Positions 10,326-17,098 of a stretch of 64,000 nucleotides of DNA are shown here, one piece after another. How positions within the stretch are numbered: position 1 is the stretch's first letter; every line of letters begins with the position of its first letter. The DNA is from Actinomycetota bacterium (GTDB lineage Bacteria > Actinomycetota > Geothermincolia > Geothermincolales > RBG-13-55-18). The stretch spans positions 31,078 through 95,077 of the forward strand of contig JACIXB010000006.1 of the NCBI GenBank assembly GCA_014360685.1, read 5' to 3'. The translations under genes were made by a program, and so were the position numbers. A model generated the notes under the pieces. The model did not search any database and was not told where the DNA came from. It saw nothing but the letters and a program-made list of their open reading frames with translations.

Positions 10326-10621
10326 GGCCTCTCTCCTCCAGCCGGTCGGATCTTCTCGCCCCGGCTGTCCGTGGTAATCGGACCCTCCTTCAGGTCTTCC
10401 AACAGGTCTCCCATTTTTATTTATTCGTATAAAGTCGCCCTTTTGATAACTCTACTTGTCGCCCCGCGGCCCCCTTCTTCCTTCTTCCAGTCCTCGACTT
10501 TCGCCGAGCGGCACAATCCCCGCGATCGGAAGCCCATCTCTCCCCAACACGAATATATAACCAAACCTCGATTTTTGCTCGGTTACCTCGGCCACCCCCG
10601 TGCTCGCTTATTCCGCCCGCG

Positions 10622-11020
10622 CTACTCGTATTCGATGCGGAACTCCGATTTAATTATCTCGGCGATCTTTTTCGCCGCTCCCTTCACGTCGTAGAGCACA
10701 AGCCCAAGCTTGCTCCCCTTACGCACCAGGGCGGTGAGAACCGCGTCCTCCCCGGCGGCCATGAGGAACACGTATCCTTCCTTGCCCTCCACGAAAACCT
10801 GGGCCAGCTCTCCACGCCCCAGCTCCTCGGACGTCCTCTCACCCAGGCTGAGCAGGGCCGCGGACATGGCACCCAAACGGTCCTCTTCCAGGGTATTGGG
10901 AAGCACCGAGGCCATGACCAGGCCGTCCATGCTCACTACTGCAGCCGCGTCCACCTCCGCGGACTTGGAAACCAGCTCGCTCAGCGCGCTGCGCAGCCTT
11001 GCTTCCCTCGATTCCGCCAA
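10622..11020 (-). CDS. Roadblock/LC7 (MglB/CvnB-like) domain protein, paralog 1
   Basis: Core AAAVVSMDGLVMAS...LGAMSAALLSLGERTSEELGRGELAQVFVEGKEGYVFLMAAGEDAVLTALV. The maximal ORF starts at 11071 (GTG). The TTG at 11020, preceded by CGTTTCGGGAGGT, aligns with the start context of paralog 2. Confidence 0.75.
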   Translation of the reverse strand: MAESREARLRSALSELVSKSAEVDAAAVVSMDGLVMASVLPNTLEEDRLGAMSAALLSLGERTSEELGRGELAQVFVEGKEGYVFLMAAGEDAVLTALVRKGSKLGLVLYDVKGAAKKIAEIIKSEFRIEYE

Positions 11021-11077
11021 GTAACCGACCTCCCGAAACGACCACGATTCAAGCCATGGACCAGAAGGCACCCCGCT

Positions 11078-11452
11078 CTACTGGAAGAGGGCGGACAGTT
11101 CTTCCGCCGTCCGCTTGGCCTCCATGAAAACCACTCCCAGTTTGGCCTCCGGCCTAACCAGCAGCGACAGCAGCGCGTCGGGCCCGCAATGCACCAGCAG
11201 CAGGTAACCCTGATCGCCTTTTATATAGGCCTGCTCCAGGGATCCGCGCTTCAGGTCCCGGGCGGCCCTTTCTCCCATGCTCAACACGGAGGCGGATAGA
11301 GCGCCGATCATCTCCTCGTCAGCCTCGTCGGACATGTCCGAGGCCAGAGCCATGGCATCGGAGCTGATGAGCACCGCCGCCTCTATTTCCGGCAGGTTGG
11401 ACCTCAACTGCCGGAGCACGGAATTCATCTTCTCGATGCGGTCCGATACCAA
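11078..11452 (-). CDS. Roadblock/LC7 (MglB/CvnB-like) domain protein, paralog 2
   Basis: 124 aa. EIEAAVLISSDAMALAS...IGALSASVLSMGERAARDLKRGSLEQAYIKGDQGYLLLVHCGPDALLSLLV. TTG start 5 nt after a GGGAGG SD. Confidence 0.8.
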   Translation of the reverse strand: MVSDRIEKMNSVLRQLRSNLPEIEAAVLISSDAMALASDMSDEADEEMIGALSASVLSMGERAARDLKRGSLEQAYIKGDQGYLLLVHCGPDALLSLLVRPEAKLGVVFMEAKRTAEELSALFQ

Positions 11453-11509
11453 GTCAACCTCCCGAAACGGACTGCCGCACGCCGCCGGGTTTCAGCTTCC
11501 CGGAACGGG

Positions 11510-11863
11510 TCACAGAGAGCTCTCGATGACGGGAAGGAACTTCCGGATGTCGTACCTTGCCTTCCCCAGGTTGGCCCCCGCGGGCAGGATGGAAACCAGG
11601 ATGGCGTCGGCCCCCACCGCACTCATGAGGATGGCGCCCTTCTCGAATTCGAACATGGCCTGGGACATGGGACCCTGAGCGAGCTCCAGCCCTATGACCT
11701 CCGCAGCCCCCAAGGAGCTGGGGGCTATGGCACCAACGGCCTCCAGGTGAGAGGCGTCTTCGCCCGCGGTCTCGATGATGAAACCATCCCTTCCCACCAC
11801 CAGCGCGGCTCGAACCGTACCGGTGGCCACCAGTTCCTCAAGAACCTTCCTCAGATCGGGCAA
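11510..11863 (-). CDS. Roadblock/LC7 (MglB/CvnB-like) domain protein, paralog 3
   Basis: 117 aa. VRAALVVGRDGFIIETAG...GAILMSAVGADAILVSIL. TTG start 7 nt after a GGAGGTG SD. Confidence 0.8.
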   Translation of the reverse strand: MPDLRKVLEELVATGTVRAALVVGRDGFIIETAGEDASHLEAVGAIAPSSLGAAEVIGLELAQGPMSQAMFEFEKGAILMSAVGADAILVSILPAGANLGKARYDIRKFLPVIESSL

Positions 11864-11994
11864 AACGCACCACCTCCTGCCCCGGGAAAAACCGGTCTAG
11901 GCCCTTATGGGCTAACGGTCCGCTTTCTCCGCCACGGTTCCGCCGGATTCCACCGAACCCGGATGCCTCCCGCGTCCGTTAATACTGTTGCTCA

Positions 11995-12023
11995 ATTATA
12001 ATAAAGTCAACTTCTTACTCCAA
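11995..12023 (-). promoter_or_regulatory. Candidate sigma-70-type promoter for the Roadblock-PATAN-GTPase array (TTGGAG-17 nt-TATAAT)
   Basis: This is the only A/T-rich island in the 400-bp gap between the ferredoxin gene and Roadblock paralog 3. On the minus strand, -10 TATAAT is at 12000-11995 and -35 TTGGAG at 12023-12018. Confidence 0.25.
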
Positions 12024-12268
12024 TGGTTAAGTATCGACATCTTCGCCCTTTTCTTAACCGGGTCAGGGCTTCAATTCCCTATTTTAGTCCCCTTCGCGCG
12101 GGCATGATAACCTCGTCCTCCAAAACCTCGACGGTTTACATGCCCGCCATCCGCCGGGTTCCAGGCCCCGGCCGACCACCATGGCCCCGTGGATGTTGAC
12201 GCTTTGGCCCGATCCCCTCCGTCAAGCCTCCCCGTGAGCGGTTACGGACCTTCCGCGTCTGAACCGCC

Positions 12269-12538
12269 TCAATAGATGGCCGCCTCCTTGTTCCCGGCCC
12301 TCGGGTCAACGTACCCCTCCCACCGCCTCAGGCCGTCGACGGTCAAGGCAAGGGAGCGGCATACCTCCACGCAGGTAAGGCAGGCCAGGCAACTTCCCGG
12401 ATTGGCCACCCGTGGCACCCGCTCCCCCCTCTCGAAGACCGGAAACTGGGTTCCCCCGGTCTGAGGGCAGAGTTCCACGCACTCCCGGCATCCGATGCAC
12501 CGGGCCTCGTCCAAGAGGATACTGCGTTCCTCGGCCAT
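12269..12538 (-). CDS. 2x[4Fe-4S] ferredoxin-domain protein
   Basis: Cluster motifs CIGCRECVELCP and CLACLTCVEVC. The ATG at 12538 follows a strong GGAGGTGG SD and lies 20 nt after the large-subunit stop. The maximal ORF reaches 12574. Confidence 0.75.
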   Translation of the reverse strand: MAEERSILLDEARCIGCRECVELCPQTGGTQFPVFERGERVPRVANPGSCLACLTCVEVCRSLALTVDGLRRWEGYVDPRAGNKEAAIY

Positions 12539-12558
12539 CCCGTCCCACCTCCTGCCGG

Positions 12559-13869
12559 TCAATGAACCCCGCATGGAACACAGGGGGAGTAGGCCCTCAC
12601 CACCATGTGCAGGACATCGCTCACCCTTTCCTGGCCCTCCTTCTCGACGGAGGCGAAGGCCTCAGCCAGGGATTTCTCCAGGTTCCGCAGGTTGAACTGC
12701 AGTGGGGAGACGATGGAAAGCTCTTCCACCAGCCCCTTTTCCCCCAGCTCCACCCCGTAGACCAACCCCCCCTCCGGGGCCTCGATATACACCCCGGCCT
12801 TCCCCGCCGCCGGGTTGAGGGTCTCGCCGAGCGTTCCCCGGAAAGGCTCCCTCAGGAGCTCGAGCATCCTCTCCCAGGCATGGAGCATCTCCAACATCCT
12901 CAACGCGTGAGCCACCATGGGATAGCGAACCGGGAATCCCCAAGTCTCCTTCAGCTCCGATAATTCCTCGTCCGCCCTCGGGGTACCGTACCTCCCGTTC
13001 ACGTTGACGCGCGCCAGGGGCCCCACCGTCAAGCCTTCCGTCCCCTCCAACCCGGCATAGACGACGTGCCCGCTCGTCGAGGGCTCCTCGCGCAGCCTCT
13101 CCCCCAGGTCCTCCACGGGACGGGGTTCCACCACTTCCGTTCCGGGAGTGAACAGTGCCGGGCTGCCCCCGGTTATCCCCATTCCACCCGGGTCGTGCCC
13201 GGCCAAAAAGGAACCTCCTATGCTCCCCGCCCTGCGGACCGTCTCCTCGCTCCTCCTCAGCAGCAGCTTGACCAGCCTGGCCGTCTCCAGCAGCAGCGAT
13301 TCTCCCGACCTCAATCTGTCCGCCAACCTCTCCCGGGACTCCACCGGGAGATCGCGCACCACTCCCCCGGGACGGAAATTGACCCCGTGCACCGTCGGCC
13401 CCCCCGTCTCGCGGAGCACCGCGGTGCCCAGGGACTTCAGGCTCAATAACCTTCTCACCACTTCCTCGTCGACCCGGTATATGCTCACCAGGTTGCGCAG
13501 CCCGGGGTCCGACGAGGGGAATAGGAGGTCGGGCAGGCCGTGCACGAAAAGCGATACCGCATGGCGCTCGAAAAACTGGGCCCAAAGCGCCAGTTCGCGC
13601 ATGGACCTGGCGGCGGGAGGGACCTCCACCCCCAGCGCCTTTTCCACCACCAGGCAGGCGGCCGCCTGGTGGAACAGCGAATCCGGCCCGCAGATACGCG
13701 AGACCAGGGGCGGCAGGTTATCCACGTGCACCCCGCGGGCCATCATCTCGAAGCCCCGGTAACCAAAGGCGGAGAAACGTACCCGCGGGGATATCCCCTC
13801 CTCCGCCTCCACCCGGAGGGAAGCGTGGCCGAATATCCTAGTCAGGGGTCCTATAACCAGATGGGCCAT
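12559..13869 (-). CDS. [NiFe]-hydrogenase large-subunit-like protein (FrhA/MvhA-size) with altered active-site motifs
   Basis: 436 aa. N-terminus GPLTRIFGH (canonical TRIEGH). L1 motif RICGPDSLFH (canonical RxCGxCxxxH). The C-terminal L2 motif SPCVPCGVH is immediately followed by the stop codon. Sits adjacent to a small-subunit gene. Confidence 0.75.
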   Translation of the reverse strand: MAHLVIGPLTRIFGHASLRVEAEEGISPRVRFSAFGYRGFEMMARGVHVDNLPPLVSRICGPDSLFHQAAACLVVEKALGVEVPPAARSMRELALWAQFFERHAVSLFVHGLPDLLFPSSDPGLRNLVSIYRVDEEVVRRLLSLKSLGTAVLRETGGPTVHGVNFRPGGVVRDLPVESRERLADRLRSGESLLLETARLVKLLLRRSEETVRRAGSIGGSFLAGHDPGGMGITGGSPALFTPGTEVVEPRPVEDLGERLREEPSTSGHVVYAGLEGTEGLTVGPLARVNVNGRYGTPRADEELSELKETWGFPVRYPMVAHALRMLEMLHAWERMLELLREPFRGTLGETLNPAAGKAGVYIEAPEGGLVYGVELGEKGLVEELSIVSPLQFNLRNLEKSLAEAFASVEKEGQERVSDVLHMVVRAYSPCVPCGVH

Positions 13870-13922
13870 GTCCCTAAGCGCTCCTTTTCACCAACCCTCT
13901 TTCGGCCTCTTTCCCATTTACC

Positions 13923-14816
13923 CTATTCTCCCAAGCGATGCAGGTAGGGCGAAGTCCCCCCGGAGCGGCGCTTCCGCAGCAGCGGTTCCGCGAGACAGAA
14001 GAAGTAATAGGTATGGGCGGGATCGGGCACCTCGGCCCTGATCTCCTCCTCCTTTTTTCCCGTCGCCCTGGCCAACCTCCGCACCGTCTCCCCCTCCACG
14101 TCCGCTCCCTTGCGTTCCAGCACCCGGCCCGAGGGACCCCGGCAACCCCTGCAGGGAACGCCCATCCCGGAGGGGCAGAGGGCCCCGCAACCGTCGCGGG
14201 TCAGGGGACCGAGGCAGAAAAAACCGGAGTCGAGGAGGCATTTTCCCGGCTCGCCCGAACCCTCCGTAAGTCGCCGCGGTCCCGGCTGGGGGAGGGGCGG
14301 GGAGGTCACCTTGCATTCCGCGCATACCGTGGCGCCCTCCCTGGATAACCGGTCCCCCGAAACGGCCGAGCGGAGGAATCCCTCCAGGAGCGCGGGGACG
14401 GGAGGGCACCCTGGTAGATAAGCGTCCACCCGGATGAAGGAATCCAGGGGCAGGAGCCTCCTTACTCCCTGCGGACCACCCTCGAAGGCGGTATCCCCGA
14501 AGCGCGACCTCAAAAGGCGGGATTCGGGATAGAGGTCCGCCAGCCCTTGAACCCCGCCGAAACAGGAGCAGGTCCCCAGGGCCACCACGCGATCCGCCTT
14601 CTCCCTGATCTCCCGGGCCTTGAGGAAATGTTCCGTGTTCCTCACCGTGCCCTCCACCAAGGCCAGGTCGGCGTGGTGCAGTTCCTTCTTATCCATGAGG
14701 AAGGGTGCGTACACCACCCGGTTCCCGCCGATCAGCTCGTAAAGGTACTCCTCCAGGCTGAGGAATACCATTTGGCATCCCAGGCACGAGCTCAAGGACA
14801 GGAGGGCGATATCCAT
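13923..14816 (-). CDS. [NiFe]-hydrogenase small-subunit-like protein (FrhG/MvhG, NuoB-fold)
   Basis: 297 aa. Proximal-cluster cysteines present (SSCLGC, GTCSCFGG, LPGCPP). The C-terminal half is Cys-rich (CAEC, CLGPLTRDGCGALC, CRGC), consistent with medial and distal clusters. Confidence 0.75.
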   Translation of the reverse strand: MDIALLSLSSCLGCQMVFLSLEEYLYELIGGNRVVYAPFLMDKKELHHADLALVEGTVRNTEHFLKAREIREKADRVVALGTCSCFGGVQGLADLYPESRLLRSRFGDTAFEGGPQGVRRLLPLDSFIRVDAYLPGCPPVPALLEGFLRSAVSGDRLSREGATVCAECKVTSPPLPQPGPRRLTEGSGEPGKCLLDSGFFCLGPLTRDGCGALCPSGMGVPCRGCRGPSGRVLERKGADVEGETVRRLARATGKKEEEIRAEVPDPAHTYYFFCLAEPLLRKRRSGGTSPYLHRLGE

Positions 14817-14819
14817 GAT

Positions 14820-15314
14820 TCACTCCAGCGTAGTCCTGAGGACCACCAGGCAGGCCCCGGGGCCCGCGTGCCGGGTCTGCAGGTCCACCCGGCGACCGAA
14901 GATCTCCTGGAGCATCCCGGCGGCATAGCCGTGTACCGCCTGGCAGGCCACGCCACCGAGGGGTATACCAGAGGCCAGGCAGGAACGACGCAAGGGACAT
15001 TCCTCGAACAGCAGCCTGACCATCATTTCCTCAGCCTCGAAGACCCAGTAGTCCTCGTCTTCCTGGTTCTTCCAGAGAGAGACCTTCCACACCTCATCCC
15101 GGCCTGGAAAGACCCACCCGAGGGCGCGTTCCAGATCCTCGGTGCGGTCGTAAGCGGCGGATTCCCTCTTCCCCAGGTCCTTGCCGGCAAAATACAAGAG
15201 CTGGGCGGTGGACCTACCCGTCACCTCCCCTCCGGCACGGTCGAGGATGGCGAGGATCTCACTCAGCGCCCTCCACCTGCCGGTCAGTATCTCCAGTTCT
15301 TCTTCCATCCTCAC
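14820..15314 (-). CDS. V4R (4-vinyl reductase / Bet3-like) domain protein
   Basis: 164 aa. The C-terminal half, EECPLRRSCLASGIPLGGVACQAVHGYAAGMLQEIFGRRVDL...GPGACLVVL, fits the V4R Cys/Gly pattern. The stop lies 3 nt before the small-subunit start. Start is GTG at 15314 or ATG at 15308. Confidence 0.5.
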   Translation of the reverse strand: MRMEEELEILTGRWRALSEILAILDRAGGEVTGRSTAQLLYFAGKDLGKRESAAYDRTEDLERALGWVFPGRDEVWKVSLWKNQEDEDYWVFEAEEMMVRLLFEECPLRRSCLASGIPLGGVACQAVHGYAAGMLQEIFGRRVDLQTRHAGPGACLVVLRTTLE

Positions 15315-15495
15315 CCGCCACCAGAAGCCGGGGTAGCGGTCTCCGCCCGCCCCGTACCGTTCCGGGCTTCAAGCAATCCAAGCCCGAACTTGTCCCGCTT
15401 TCTTCAATTATTAAACATGAAAGGCTTGATGCGCGCCACCGCCAAACTGGTGGAAATTGCCATGAAAATCCGTCCGCAAGAGCCTGAAGGCGGGT

Positions 15496-16677
15496 TTACG
15501 TGCCCTGCACTTCCGCCTTGACCCTCAGGAACTCCTGGTAATCGGCGGTGAAGAAATGGCCCCCGTCCCCGGTGGCCACGTAATAGAGGTAATCCACGTC
15601 CGCCGGTTCCAGGGCCGCCTTTATGCTGGCCATGCCGGGGCTGCAGATGGGCGCCGGCGGCAGCCCCTTGTGCAGGTAGGTGTTATAGGGAGAGGGAGTC
15701 TTCAAGTCCTCGTAGGTGAGCACCGGCTTCCATTCCGGCAAGGCGTACTGTACCGTGGCGTCTATCTGGAGCATCATCCCCAGGCGCAGGCGGTTGTAGA
15801 TCACCGCAGCCACCAGCGGCCTTTCCGGGTCCAGGGCTACTTCCCTTTCGATGAGGGAGGCGACGATTATCACCTGGTAAGGGGTGACACCAAGCCTTTC
15901 CGCCCGCGACCAGTCCAACCCGGCGGTCTCCGCTTTGAACTGGCGGAGGAGGACCTCCACCAGTTCCCGGGGAGTGATATCCTGCGGAAGCTCGTAGGTC
16001 TTGGGGAAAAGCAGGCCTTCCAGGTTGTTCTTCTGTTCCTCGGGAAGGATGTCCACGCGGTAGTCGCCCGCCGTGGCGGCCTCCAGGAATTCCTCCGCTT
16101 CCATGCCCGTGACCCGCGCCACCAGCTCCGCCGTCTGCGCCACCGTGAGCCCTTCCGGTATGGTCAAGCGGACCTGGTAGTTGGGGCCCGCCTCGAGGAC
16201 GGAGAACACCTCGCCGTAGCGCATCCCGGGATTTAGGAGGTAGTGCCCGGCCTGGAATTTTCCCTGCCTGCCCTGCACCCAGGCCAACAACCGGAAAAGG
16301 GTGGCCGAGGTGACCACGCCCTCCGCGTGGAGCTTCGCCCCGATGGAGGAAGCGCTTTCCCCCTCCTCTATGACCACGTGCACGGGCCGGTCCTGGCGGG
16401 TGGGACAGAAGTAATGGCGGTAAAGCAAGACGCCCGCGAGGAGAAAGATCACAAACAGCGCCGCCAGGACAAGGTACTTCCTGCGGCGGCGGGCCTTCCG
16501 CAACGCGCTGACCCGGGCTTCTTCGACCGGTAATGCCTCCCTCGCGCCACCCCGGGGACGCGCGGCCGGAGATAGAGGCAAGCCTTCGCCTCCACCTTCC
16601 GGTTGACGACCTTCAACGTGAGTTAACTCTTCACCCTCCGGTACGTCTTCCCCGGGCCTGCCCGGCAAATCATCCAT
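15496..16677 (-). CDS. mltG: Endolytic murein transglycosylase MltG (YceG-like)
   Basis: Single TM (YLVLAALFVIFLLAGVLLY), YceG core, C-terminal GLPPAPICSPG. The N-terminal extent is uncertain. The maximal ORF overlaps the ruvX stop by 8 nt. Confidence 0.85.
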   Translation of the reverse strand: MDDLPGRPGEDVPEGEELTHVEGRQPEGGGEGLPLSPAARPRGGAREALPVEEARVSALRKARRRRKYLVLAALFVIFLLAGVLLYRHYFCPTRQDRPVHVVIEEGESASSIGAKLHAEGVVTSATLFRLLAWVQGRQGKFQAGHYLLNPGMRYGEVFSVLEAGPNYQVRLTIPEGLTVAQTAELVARVTGMEAEEFLEAATAGDYRVDILPEEQKNNLEGLLFPKTYELPQDITPRELVEVLLRQFKAETAGLDWSRAERLGVTPYQVIIVASLIEREVALDPERPLVAAVIYNRLRLGMMLQIDATVQYALPEWKPVLTYEDLKTPSPYNTYLHKGLPPAPICSPGMASIKAALEPADVDYLYYVATGDGGHFFTADYQEFLRVKAEVQGT

Positions 16678-17098
16678 CTCCTTCCGACTTTCCCCCCCTC
16701 CTGCAAGCGTCCAGGTAGGACTGTAGGATGACAGCCGCCGCCTGGGCGTCCACTCTTTTTCCCCTCTTGAGGCCGCCCGTCTCGCGCAGCCTCTTCTCGG
16801 CCTCCACGGTGGAGAACCTCTCGTCCCATATCACCACCCGTACCCCGGCCAGGGAAGCGAGCTCCTCGGCGTAGGCACGGACCCTCTTCGCCTCACTTCC
16901 TTCCTGGCCCCGGAGGGTGCGGGGAAGACCGAGGACCACCGTGTCCACTCCCTCCCCGGTCCTTTGCTCCACGTAAGCGCGCAGCTCCCCGGGGGACATC
17001 CCGGGGAGGGTTTGGTAAGGGAAAGCGTATATTCCCAGCGGATCCGACAGGGCCACGCCTATGCGGCGCCTTCCGATGTCCAGCCCCAGGCTACGCAT
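16670..17098 (-). CDS. ruvX: Putative pre-16S rRNA nuclease / Holliday-junction resolvase-like YqgF
   Basis: MRSLGLDIGRRRIGVALSD YqgF signature. 142 aa. Overlaps the alaS stop by 8 nt. Confidence 0.9.
   Translation of the reverse strand: MRSLGLDIGRRRIGVALSDPLGIYAFPYQTLPGMSPGELRAYVEQRTGEGVDTVVLGLPRTLRGQEGSEAKRVRAYAEELASLAGVRVVIWDERFSTVEAEKRLRETGGLKRGKRVDAQAAAVILQSYLDACRRGGKSEGDG

Noticed and set aside
12098-12147. Inverted repeat GCGGGCATG...CATGCCCGC downstream of the ferredoxin gene, considered as an intrinsic terminator.
   Set aside because: The loop is 32 nt and no U-tract follows on the minus strand. It is not a convincing Rho-independent terminator.
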